From positions 110,610,001 to 110,674,000 of the forward strand of contig NC_086108.1 in assembly GCF_963921235.1 (NCBI RefSeq): a stretch of DNA of 64,000 nt, written 5' to 3'. This DNA is from Mobula hypostoma (Eukaryota). Position numbers and translations under genes: made by a program. The notes below the pieces were generated by a model. That model saw nothing but the letters and a program-made list of their open reading frames with translations. It was not told the DNA's origin and ran no database searches. Shown piece by piece: positions 12,886 through 25,246 of this stretch (positions are counted from its first letter, which is position 1; each line of letters begins with the position of its first letter).

Positions 12886-14346
12886 ACACATACAAAATGC
12901 TGGAGGAACTCAGCAGGCCAGGCAACATCTATGGGAAAAAGTACAGTTGATGTTTCAGGCTGAAACCCTTTGGCAGGACTGGAGAAAAAAAAACTGAGGT
13001 GTACATTTAACAGCTGGGGGAAGGGGAGAGAACCAGCAGGTGACAGGTGAAAGCTGGAGGGGGAGGGATGAAGTAAAGAGCTGGCAAGTTGATTGGTGAA
13101 AGAGACAGAAGGCCATGGAAGAAAGAAAAAGGGGGAGGAGCACCAGAGGGAGGTGATGGGCAGGTAAGGAGATAAGGTGAGAGAGGGAAAAGGGGATGGG
13201 AAATGGTGAAGAAGAGGAGGGATGGGGGCCGTCACCAGAAGTTTGAGAAATTGATGTTCATGCCATCAGGTTGGAGGCTACCCAAATGGAATATAAGGTG
13301 TTGTTTCTCCAACCTAAGTGTGGCCTCATCATGACAGTGGAGGAGGACATGGATAGACATATCAGAATGGAAATGGGAAGTGGAATTAAAATAGGTGGCC
13401 ACTGGGAGATCCCACCTGTTCTGCAAGATGGATCATAGGTGCTCGGCAAAGCATTCTCCCAATCTACATCGGGACTCACCGATATACAGGAGGCCACACT
13501 GGGAGCACCAAATGCAATAAGTGACCACAACAGACTCACAGGTGAAGTGTCACCTCACCGGGAGGGACTGTTTAGGGCCCTGAATGGCGGAAGTTTTGGA
13601 GAATTACTTTCTGGACAGAGGCTGGTGGGGTGATAGGTGAGGACAAGAGGAACCCTATCCCTGGTAGGGTGGTGAGAGGATGGGATAAGAGCAGACTGCG
13701 TGAAATGGAAGAGATGCAGTTGAGGGCAACATTCATTTATGGCCTCCTCCACTGTCGTGGTGAGGCCACACTTAGGTTGAACATAGAACATAGAATAGTA
13801 CAGCACAGTACAGGCCCTTCGGCCCACAATGTTGTGCCGACCCTCAAACCCTGCCTCCCATATAAGCCCCCACCTTAAGGTTGGAGGAACAACACCTTAT
13901 GTTCTGTTTGTTTAGCCTCCAACCTGATGGTATGAACATCAATCTCTCAAACTTCTGGTAATGCCTCCCATCCCTCCTCTCCTTCACCATTTCCCATCCC
14001 TTTTTCCCTCTCTCACCATATCTCCTTACCTGCCCATCACCTTCCTCTGGTGCTCCTCCCCTTTTTCTTTCTTCCATGGCCTTCTGTCTCTTTCACCAAT
14101 CAGTTTCCCAGCTCTTTACTTCATCCCTCCCCCTCCAGCTTTCACCTGTCACCTGGTGGTTCTCTCTCCCCTCCCCCACAGCTGTTAAATCTACTCCTCA
14201 GCGTTTTTCTCTCCAGTCCTGCCGAAGGGTCTCGGCCCAAGACGTTGACTGTACTTTCCTCCAGAGATGCTGCCTGGCCTGCTGAGCTCCTCCAGAATTT
14301 TGTGTGTGTTGCTCGGATTTCCAGCATCTGCAGATTTTCTCTTGTT
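12886..14346. mobile_element. Inverted pair of Penelope-like 3' ends inserted in a Rex/Babar LINE
   Basis: A minus-strand copy (about 12886-13730) is joined to a plus-strand copy (about 13735-14346). The interrupted LINE RT resumes on both sides. Confidence 0.8.
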
Positions 14347-14770
14347 AGAGGATGACATGACTCAGTGTTGTAGCTGACATCTGAGGTATACAGGGTAAAC
14401 AGGAAGAGAGCCAATACAGTCCCCTGTGGGGCCCCAGTGTGCTTTTAGCCACACAGCTCTCTGAAGCTGCAGAAACTATGGTCTGCCAGTCAGGTAGTCC
14501 ATTATCCAGGATACAATGGAAGTGCCAAATCTGCACTGAATGGAGTTTCCCCGAGCAATGAGGGCTGTATAGTATTGAGGATAAGTCACCTGGGTTAGAT
14601 GGACACATCCCAGGGTCCTGAAAGAGGTTACTGAAGTGATAACAGATGCATTGGTCATGATCTTTAAATAATCACTTGATTCTGGTATGACCCCAGAGGA
14701 CTGGAAGTTTGCAAATATCACTCCACTCTTTAGGAAGGGAGGAAGGCAAAAGAAAGGGAATTATAGGCCA

Positions 14771-15577
14771 AACAACAGGAATTCTGCAGATGCTGGAAGT
14801 TCAAGCAACACACATCAAAGTTGCTGGTGAACACAGCAGGCCAGGCAGCATCTGTAGGAAGAGGTACAGTCGACGTTTCAGGCCGAGACCCTTCGTCAGG
14901 ACTAACTGAAGGAAGAGTGAGTAAGGGATTTGAAAGTTGGAGGTGGAGGGGGAGATCCAAAATGATAGGAGAAGACAGGAGGGGGAGGGATAGAGCCAAG
15001 AGCTGGACAGGTGATAGGCAAAAGGGGATACGAGAGGATCATGGGACAGGAGGACCGGGAAGAAAGACAAGGTGGGGGGGACCCACAGGATGGGCAAGAG
15101 GTATATTCAGAGGGACAGAGGGAGAAAAAGAAGAGTGAGAGAAAGAATGTGTGTATAAAAATAAGTAACAGATGGGGTACAAGGGGGAGGTGGGGCCTTA
15201 GCGGAAGTTAGAGAAGTCGATGTTCATGCCATCAGGTTGGAGGCTACCCAGTTGGAATATAAGGTGTTGTTCCTCCAACCTGAGTGTGGCTTCATCTTTA
15301 CAGTAGAGGAGGCCGTGGATAGACATGTCAGAATGGGAATGGGATGTGGAATTAAAATGTGTGGCCACTGGGAGATCCTGCTTTCTCTGGTGGACAGAGC
15401 GTAGGTGTTCAGCAAAGCGGTCTCCCAGTCTGCGTCGGGTCTCACCAATATATAAAAGGCCACATCGGGAGCACCGGACGCAGTATATCACCCCAACCGA
15501 CTCACAGGTGAAGTGTCGCCTCACCTGGAAGGACTGTTTGGGGCCCTGAATGGTGGTAAGGGAGGAAGTGTAAGGAC
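14771..15577 (-). mobile_element. Penelope-like element, 3' part (GIY-YIG endonuclease and tail)
   Basis: ORF 15198..15524 has GVIYC..C..C...YIGET.R.L..RF.EH. An 11-bp TSD ATTATAGGCCA lies within a CR1. Confidence 0.9.
14867..14904 (-). ncRNA. Minimal type I hammerhead ribozyme motif (Penelope-associated)
   Basis: Minus strand reads agtc-CTGACGA-agg gtctcgg cct-GAAA-c-GTC-gact: stem I, conserved core, stem II, loopless palindromic stem III and a GUC cleavage triplet. Confidence 0.7.
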
Positions 15578-17244
15578 ATTATAGGCCAGTTAGTCTAACC
15601 TCAGTGGTTGGGAATGTGTTGGAGTCTATTGCTAAGGATGAGGATCCGAGGTACTTATCCAAATGGGAGAAGGCTCTGTGCGGCAGGTAGATACGGCATC
15701 TCCAACTCCAATGGGCTCTGCAAACTGCCAATCTATCCAGGGGTCAGTGATTGAGACTGTGACGGGCAGGGTGGTGTTGATCGCTCTCAACAGGTTCCAT
15801 CAGCCCAGAGTAGAGCAGGCACAGATACAACCCGTCAGGATACTTTCTAAATCATATCTGTGTAGAATCACTGTGGCCTGCTTCTACAACCAAGAATGAA
15901 TAATAGACACAGTCTGGACCCTGACCTGGAGTTACACTCAGACTTAGGTTCTTTGCGGTGGTGGGACCTGTTCCTGGGTGCTTATGAGAGGCCACCTTTC
16001 GATATTCCAGGGACGCGGACTAGTGAAGATAAGCGCACCTTCGTGGTTCCGAGGTTTCGCGACCCTGTCGGTGGGCTGATTGTAAGCCAGTGCTGCCAAC
16101 TAAAGTGTCGCGGGAGACAAATTGGAAGAATGGGCAAAAAAGTGGCAGATGGAATGCAATGCATGATAATGCATTTTGGTAAAAGGAACAATAGTGCGGA
16201 CTATTATCTAAATGGCGAGAAGGTTCAAACATCAGAGATGTCTGTAGAGGGACCTAGGAGTCCTTGTGCCAGCTCCCAGAAGGTTAATTTACAGGTTGAG
16301 TCTGTGGTAAAGAAGGAGAATAGAATATAAAAGCAAAGAGATAATGCTGAACCATTGTAAGACATGAGTCAGGCTGCACTTGGAGTATTGTCCCAGTATC
16401 TCAGGAAGGAGGTGTTGTCATTGGAGAGAGTCCAGAGGAGCTTTACGAAGATGATTCCAGGAATGAAGGGGTTAACATATGAGGAGTGTTTGGCAGCTTT
16501 GGGCCTGTACTCACTGAGATTTAGAAGAATGTGTGGGGATCTCATTTAAACCTACCGAATGTTGAAAGGACTAGATAGGGTGGATGTGGAGAGGATGTGG
16601 GGGTATCCAGAACTAGAGGGCAAAGCCTCAAAATTGTGGGATGACCCTTTAGAACAGAGGTCAGGAGGAATTTTTTTAGCCAGAGAGTAGTAAATCGCTG
16701 GAATGTTCTGCCGCAGACTGTGGTGGAGGCCAAGTCTGTGGGTATATTTAAGGCGGAAGTTGATAGCTCCCTGATCACTCAGGGCATCAAAGGACATAGT
16801 GAGAAGGCAGGTGTATAGGGTTGAGTGGGATCGGGGATCAGCCATGATAGAATGGCGGTGTAGACTCAATGGGTCGAATGGCCTAATTCTGCTCCTATGC
16901 CTTATAGTCTAATGGTCTTATAATAAACCTGATTCTGATTCAAATACCTGCTTGCTTCAACCACATCCATGCTCGCATTTGAATGTGGTTGCTGATCGGA
17001 GAAGAGACACCATGTTTCCTGAAAATGGCGGAATATTCCAGATGTCTAGGAATGGAAGGCCTCATTTTGAGAGCGGATGTGATGGAGGAACTGTGAGGAA
17101 AGGATGTGTCCTTACAAGTGACAGTGTGGGAAGATGAGTTATCTGCATAGTTATGGGAGTCAGTGAGCTTATAATGATGGCCCATGAATAGCTTGTCTCC
17201 TGACAGAGAGACGGAGGGAAGGAGTCAGAAGATGGTACTGTAGC

Positions 17245-18200
17245 ATAGTCATAGTCATACTTTATTGATCCCGGGGGAAATTGGTTTTCGTTACAGTTGC
17301 ACCATAAATAATCAAATAGTAATAAAACCATAAATAGTTAAATAGTAATATGTAAATTATGCAGGAGATAAGTCCAGGACCAGTCTATTGGCTCAGGGTG
17401 TCTGACCCTCCAAGGGAGGAGTTGTAAAGTTTGATGGCCACAGGCAGGAATGACTTCCTATGACGCTCTGTGTTGCATCTCGGTGGAATGAGTCTCTGGC
17501 TGAATGTACTCCTGTGCCCAACCAGTACATTATGTAGTGGATGGGAGACATTATCCAAGATGGCATGCAACTTGGACAGCATCCTCTTTTCAGACACCAC
17601 CGTCAGAGAGTCCAGTTCCATCCCCACAACGTCACTGGCCTTACAAATGAGTTTGTTGATTCTGTTGGTGTCTACTACCCTCAGCCTGCTGCCCCAGCAC
17701 ACAACAGCAAACATGATAGCACTGGCCACCACAGATTCGTAGAACATCCTCAGCATTGTTCGGCAGACGTTAAAGGACCTCAGTCTCCTCAGGAAATATA
17801 GACGGCTCTGACTCTTCTTGTAGACAGCCTCAGTGTTCCTTGACCAGTCCAGTTTATTGTCCATTCGTATCCCCAGGTATTTGTAATCCTCCACCATGTC
17901 CACACTGACCTCCTGGATGGAAACAGGGGTCACCAGTACCTTAGCTCTCCTCAGGTCTACCACCAGCTCCTTAGTCTTTTTCACATTAAGCTGCAGATAA
18001 TTCTGCTCACACCATGTGACAAAGTTTCCTACCGTAGCCCTGTACTCAGCCTCATCTCCCTTGCTGATGCATCCAACTATGGCAGAGTCATCAGGAAACT
18101 TCTGAAGATGACAAGACTCTGTGCAGTAGTTGAAGTCTGAGGTGTAAATGGTGAAGAGAAAGGGAGACAAGACAGTGCCCTGTGGAGCCCCAGTGCTGCT
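17245..18200 (-). mobile_element. Rex1/Babar-type LINE 3' fragment
   Basis: ORF 17385..18170 (SPFLFTIYT...KFPDDSAIVG...RLYFLRRL) with a (GACTAT)n tail. A near-identical shorter copy lies at about 42300-42800. Confidence 0.82.
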
Positions 18201-19639
18201 GATGTGTGCAATAACTTCACAGTGCCCATGAGCACCAGTCGGGGTTCAATTCCGCCAGTGCCTGTCAGGGATTTGTGTGTTCTGCCTGAGACCTGGTGGG
18301 CTTTCTCTGGGTGCTCCAATTTTCTCCTACATCCCGAAGATGTAAGGGTTAGTGAGTTGTGAGCAAGCAAGTCGTTGCCGGGAGCACGGCAACGCTTATG
18401 GGCGGTCCCCAGCACAATCCCCAGACTGTGTTGGTTATTAAACACATTTCACTTTGATGTTTGATGATACAGGTGGCAAATAAATTTCTCCTTTTTTCTG
18501 CGAATTCAGCCTAATTCTACTCCCATGTTTTATTATCTGGTGGTCTCTCTTTAGTGGGGGATGGTTCAATCAGGGGGTAGAAGCTGTCCTTGAGCCTGGT
18601 AGTACGTGCTTCCAGGCTTTTGTATCTTCTGCCTGATGGGGGACGGGAGAAGAGAGAATGTCCGGCGTGGGTGGGTGGGGTTTTCGATGATGCTGGCTGC
18701 TTCACTGAGCCAGTGAGAGGTTGTGTTGGTTGTTCACACAAATGAGACATTTCACTGTATGTTTCGATGTATCAACATACATGCGACAAATAAAGCTAAT
18801 CTTTATTCCAAATTTCCCAAATAAACTTAAGAGCAAGTGATTCAAATTTGCAAATTCTGCAAGGGTGCTGGAGAAACAGACAGTGTTGGGTAGGGCACCA
18901 GAGAAAGCATGGAACATAAACCCAAGAGATGCTGGAAATCCAGAGCAACACACACAAATGCTGGAGGAACTCAGCAGGCCAGGCAGCGTCTTTGGATGGG
19001 AATAAACTGTTGACCTTTCAGGCTGACACCCTTCATCAGGATTCATGGACTGTTTCAAGTGAGCAACAAGTGTCCTGCGTTCCAGTCTCTCCCTGGTCTC
19101 TGAACTCTGTAAATGATCTATCCTCTTTGTTGACCTTTCTTTTCCAGCCTTCAGTCTATTCACATTTCCCCTCGCCCACCCCCATTGACACCAAAACTTG
19201 TTTGCAATAATAGTTTACATCTCTACAATCTCTCCCCAAACATAAGACCATAAGACAAAGGAGCAGAGCTGGACCAATCAGTCCATCGAGTTTGCTCCAT
19301 CATTCCATCATGGCTGATTTATTATCCCTCTCAACCCCATTCTTCGGCCTTTTCCCTGTCTCAACTACTTTTTTCCAGCAGCTTATATCACAGACTGACC
19401 ACTGTCTGGGTGAAAACATTGCCCCCCAGCCTCCTACAATATCTCTCCACTCTTACTTTAAATCATTGCCCTTCAGTTCTCAATTCCACAACCCTGGGGA
19501 TAAAGACTGCAAACATTTACCCATCTGTGCCCCTCATGATCTTACACATGTCTATAAAGTCACCTCTCATTAGCCTAAATTCAGAAAAAAACAATTGGCA
19601 TAAAGTATTCAATTTACAAATTACTTAAAGATCTCAAGA

Positions 19640-22080
19640 TAAGAACATAAGAAATAGGAGCAGGAGTCGGCCATCTGGCTCATCGAGCCTGCCCCGCCAT
19701 TCAATAAGATCATGGCTGATCTGGCCATGGACTCAACTCCACCTACCTGCCTTTTCCCCATAACCCTTAATTCTCCTACCATGCAAAAATCTATCCAACC
19801 TGTCTTAAATATATTTACTGATGTAGCCTCCACTGCTTCATTGGGCAGAGAATTCCACAAATTCACCACTCTCTAGGAAAAGCAGTACCTCCTCATCTCT
19901 GTCCTAAATCTACTCCTCTAAATCTTGAGGCTGTGACCCTAGTTCTAGTCTCAACTACCAGTGGAAACAACTTTCCTGCCTCTATCTTATCTATTGCTTT
20001 CATAATTTTATATGTTTCCTTCAGAATTCCAATGAGTACAGTCCCAAGCGACTCAATTTCTCCTCACAGTCTAACCCCTCATCTCTGGAATCAAACCCGA
20101 TGAACCTCCTCTGCACTGCCTCCAAGGCCAGTATATCCCTCCTCAAGTATGGAGACCAGAACTGCACACAGTACTCCAGGTGTGGCCTTACCAGTACCCT
20201 GTGTAGTTGCATTGTAACCTCCCTGCTCTTGAATTCAATCCCTCTAGCAATGAAGGCCAACATACCATTTCCCTTCTTGATAACCTGCTGCACCTGCAAA
20301 CCAACTTTTTGTGATTCCTGCACAAGCACTCCCAAGTCCCTCTGCACAGCAGCATGCTGCAATTTTTACCATTTAAATAATAATCTACTCGTTCATTTTT
20401 CCGTCCAAGGTGGATGACCTCGCATTTACCAACATTGTACTCCATCCGCCAGACCCTTGCCCACATACTTAACCTATCTCTACACCTCTGCAGACTCCCC
20501 TTATCTTTTGCAAAATTTTGTTTTCCACTCAATTTAGTGTAGCCCTCGGGTTCGGCTCGCGGTTTAATCTAGGGGGAGACAGCCTCTGGCCCGGCCAAAC
20601 TTGAGAAATCTTGTTTGTGTGGATGCTGCATGATGTGTTCCCCTGTTACAAATCAGCACCATGAAATAACAAACAGTACACAATATACGATTAAACGATG
20701 GAGCTTTATAGTCCCATTGTTTAGGCATCATACACTGGTTTTTGATCGAACTATTGCACCCTTTATTTCTATGAGAAACTCAATCATACTGTGATCACTC
20801 CTTCTAAGAGGTTCCCTAACTACAAGATCACTAATTTCATCTGCCTCATTGCACAGGACCAGATCTAAGATAGCATGTTCCCGTGAGGTTCAGAAACACA
20901 CTGTTCAAGAAAGCCATCACGGATGCATTCTATGAAGTCCTCCTCAAGACTGCCTCGACCAGCTTGATTCACCCAATCTATGTGCAAGTTAAAGTCCCCC
21001 ATGATAACTGCTGCTCCATTCTGACACACCTCGGGTATTTCTCTGTTTATTGCCTCTGCCACTGTAATGTTATTATTCGGTGGCTGATAGACAACTCCCA
21101 CCAGTGATTTATTTTCCTTTACTATTTCTAATCTCTACCCAGATGGATTCAACATTCTGCTCCTTAGATCTTGTATCATCTCTCACTATCGCCCTGATCT
21201 CATCCTTAATTAAGAGCTACCCCACCTCCATTATCTTCCCGCCTATTCTTCCGTAATACCTGATATCCTCGGATATTTAATTCCCAGTCCTCTCCACCCT
21301 GCAACCACATCTCTTTTGTACTGATTTGTGCTACAAGTTCACTGACCATATTTCGAATACTACAGGCATTCAGATAAGGCGTCCTTATACTCATTGTGCT
21401 TTTAAAATCATGTAATCTTTTTCTCTTTTGTACCTATCTTTACTCCACTCTTACTTTTCCCTTTTTTATCTTTTGCTTTTTCTTTATCTTTATCCACATT
21501 TTCTCTTTACTTTATCCATACTTCTCCAGTCTGTTGTACTCACGCCCCTACTATTTAGTTTAAAGCCCTATCCACAGCCCTAGTTATGTGATTCACCAGG
21601 ACCCAGGTCTCATCACGGTTCAGGTGGAGCCCGTCCCATTGGAACAGCTCCCTCCTTCCCCAATAATGTGGCCAATTTCCCATGAATGCAAACCCACTTC
21701 TCCCACACCAATCCTTGGGCCAAGCATTTAATTCCCTAATCTTCTTGCCCCTATGCCAATTTTTGCATGTGGTTCAGGTAATAATCCAGAGATTACTACC
21801 TTTTTGGTTCTGTTCTTTAATTTAGTCCCTAGCTGCTCAAATTCCCTCAGCAGAACTTCTTTCCTCATTCTATCTACATCGTTGATACCCACATGGGCAT
21901 GACAACTGGATCTACCCCCTCCCGCTGCAAATTCCTCCGCAGGTCAGACAAGATGTCCTGAACCTGGGCACCAAGCAGGCAACACAGCCTTCAGGACTCC
22001 CTACCCTCACGGCAGAGAACTCTTGTCTATTACCCTGACTATACGATCCCCAATTACTCCTACGTTTCTCTTCTCTCTCC
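19640..22080 (-). mobile_element. CR1 LINE pieces (RT 3' end, endonuclease, ORF1 remnant)
   Basis: ORFs 20021..20362 (RPHLEYC), 20865..21101 (IMGDFN) and 21206..21394 (YLNACSIRN). Confidence 0.85.
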
Positions 22081-22215
22081 CCTCTGTGATGAAACAGCTA
22101 AAAATTAAGTCAAAAACCACCATTAATTTCTAAATCATGTTTCAAAACTATAATAGTTATTTTTCTTTGGCAACATATAGTGACAATTGGATAATGTATG
22201 ATTTTGTTGACCTAC

Positions 22216-22248
22216 CTTTTTATAACTGGGATAGTACATACTGGACAT
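22216..22248 (-). CDS. uox: Urate oxidase coding exon 1 (MSSMYYPSYKK)
   Basis: Minus strand reads caaaATG TCC AGT ATG TAC TAT CCC AGT TAT AAA AAG|gtaggt. It resembles the short mammalian exon 1 (MAHY...YKK), is phase 0 matching exon 2, and lies in a non-repetitive island about 73 bp downstream of a TATA box. Confidence 0.85.
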
Positions 22249-22320
22249 TTTGCTTGGAGAATGACAATGTGTCTGTCGTTGGGGATGGTATTTTTAGTGA
22301 TAACTGTCACTCCTGTGTGT

Positions 22321-22403
22321 CTTATAGTTCACTTACCCCGTAGTTAATAATTAAATCCAAGGTTCCAGTTAATTTTGACAGAAGAACTGGGAAATTTCAT
22401 TGG
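22321..22403 (-). promoter_or_regulatory. Putative uox proximal promoter: TATA box, HNF1-type site, CCAAT box
   Basis: TATAAG on the minus strand at 22321-22326; GTTAATAATTAAA at 22343-22355 (12/13 match to the HNF1 palindrome GTTAATNATTAAC); CCAAT on the minus strand at 22399-22403. All lie directly upstream of exon 1. Confidence 0.65.
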
Positions 22404-25246
22404 ATTATATTTTATCTCAGGGTGGCTTGACCTCCTTTCAGCATGACTTCTAAAACTTTGACAAACTTCTATAGATGTGTGATGGAGAGTATATTGACTG
22501 GCTGCATCACAGCCTGGTATGGAAACACAATGCCCTTGAATGGAAAACCCTATAAAATGTAATGGATACAGTCCAGTCTATCATGGGGAAAGCCCTCCCC
22601 TCCACTGAGCACATCTACGTGGAGCGCTGTTGCAGGAGAACAGCATCCATCATCAGAGACCCCCACCACCCAGGCCGTGCTCTCTTCTCACTGCTGCCAT
22701 CAGAAGAAGGTACAGGAGCCTCAGGACTCACACCACCATGGTTCAGGAACAGTTATAACCCCTCAGCCATTAGGGTCTTGAACTAGAGGGGATAAGTTCA
22801 CTCAACCTCACTCATTTTAAACCTGAACTGTTCCCACAACCTATCCACTCGCTTTTAAGGACTCTTCATCTCGTGTTCTTGATATTTATTGCATATTTAT
22901 TTATTATTATTTAGTTATTTTTCTTTTTGTATTTGCACAGTTTGATATCTTTTGCACATTTCTTGTTTGTCCGGCTTGTTGTATGTAGTTTTTCATTGAT
23001 TCTATTGTGACTCTTCGTATTTGTTGTGAATGCCCACAAGAACACTAATCTCAGGGTTGCATATAGTGACGTATATATAAATTTACTTTGAACTTTGATA
23101 ACCCGCCCATTTTGTGTTTGCTTCAGCCCCCAGCTCTACAAGAAGGACATGGTGCAAAGAGATCTTCCGTTTCCCAGACACCGCTGTGTGAGTTGACGGA
23201 TTGAGCTGTTTGGGATTGGATGGCATGGGGTGTCTTTCAGGAGTTGAGGGATGGGGTAGCAGACAGATAATACAAATGAGAATTTACAAAACCAAAGTCA
23301 GAAGTCAAAGTCAAGGTAACTTTATTATCAAGGTATGTATACTGTGTGTCACCATGCTACCTTGAGATTCAGTTTCTTGCAGACATTCAGAGGAAAATAA
23401 AGAAACTCAAGAGAATTTATGAAAAACTATACATAAACAAAGAATAACAAACAGCCAATATGTAAATGAAGGCAAGTGGTGCAAATTAAGAAATAAATAA
23501 TACTGAGAACATGAGGTGTGAAGAGTCTTTGAAAATGAATCTGCAGGTTGTGGAATCAGTTCAGTGTTCAGGTGAGTAAAGTTATCCACGCTGGTTCAGG
23601 AGTCTAATGATTGTAGAACCTGTCGGGGTGGGACCTAAGGCTTCTGTACCTCCTATCTGATAATAGAGAACACAGCCTAGATGGTGGAGGTCCTTGCTGA
23701 TGGATGCTGCTTTCTTGCGACAGCGCTCCATGTAGATGTGCTCGGTGGCGGGGAGGACTTTAGATTAGATTAGATTAGATTAGATTCAACTTTATTGTCA
23801 TTGTGCCGAGTACAGATACAAAGCCAATGAAATGCAGTTAGCGTCTAACCAGAAATGCAAAGAATAGTATTATTTACAAAATAACTGGGAATGAAAAGTA
23901 AGTGCTACAGCACACAAATATAAAAGTACTGAGACAGTACAATATGGATGCAATACTGCTTAGCGCTGTGATGTGAGGTTCAGCAGGGTCACAGCCTCAG
24001 GGAAGAAGCTCTTCCTGTGCCTGCTGGTGTGGGAGCGGAGGCTCCTGTAGTGCCTACTGGTTGGGAGGAGAGTAAAAAGTCCATGGTTAGGGTGAGATGC
24101 ATCCCTGATAATGCTTTTCGCCCTGCCCAGGCAGCGTTTATGGTAGATGTTCTCAATGGTGGGCTATTGGGTGCCGATAATCCGCTGGGCAGTTTTCACC
24201 ACACGCTGGAGTGCTTTGCGGTCTGATACAGGACAATTGCCATACCACACTGAGATGCAGTTGGTGAGTATGCTCTCAATGGTACAGCGGTAAAAGTCTG
24301 TCAGTATCCTGGGACAGAGGTGAGCTTTGGCCGTGATGAACGAGGCTGCATCCACTATTTTCCTTTCCATCATGAGCAATTTGTACAATCATCGTTCTAA
24401 AGAGATTAGCTTTATTCGTCACATGGCACTCCCACTCCCGGAGCTCACCAGCCGACTGTTTTCCAACACTCTCCAGCCGCAACTTGGAATAAGGTGCCTC
24501 CAGAGTGGGGCTCTCCGCTCCCCTGTGGACGACTGATTCCAGGGCAGTGTCACCGACAGAGATGTCGCGAGAGAAGGAATATCAGGATTTTGCTGCAGCG
24601 GATGTACGAACGGAGATCTCTGTAGTTGAGTGCTTGCACTCTCTCAATGGTGGGGAGAGTTTGCTGCCGACCCTCGAGTCGGAGAATCTCAGAATAAAAA
24701 GGAACGCGGCTGACTGTGACATTGAGAACAGCGACTGCTGTTGGTCTCCCCTTTCGCTGTGAAATGGGTGATATCTCTCTGTCCTCTGTTAGTAAGAGAG
24801 AGAGCCTGTGGCATATCGAACTGTCGGGTCAACAATAGTTGTTGTTGGCTGCAGATCATAGTCTCTCTTTGGGGGCTTTGCAGTTTGGTGGATGGTGAGT
24901 GCTGACACTTCCTGCTGAAGTGGCGGGGGAGGTTGATGTGCTGGGAGGGAGAGAATGGGAGAGGGGGTTTTGGAGTTCTAACATTTTTCTGTCATTCTTT
25001 CTTTTGGGGTTCTTTTGTTTCTTGCAGATGTCTGCGAAGGCAAGTATTTCAGGTTGTATATTATATACATTCTCTGACTATAGACGGAACCACTTGAATT
25101 TCTACATTGAAACATCAAAACACAGAGTCAAATGTGTTGTTTGTGTCGAGGATGTGCTGGGAGAAGCCCGCAAGAGTCTTATCACTAAGGTATTCAGTCT
25201 TTTCCCTGGGACACAAATGCCTAAAACTGAGGGCGTAGACCCGCAA

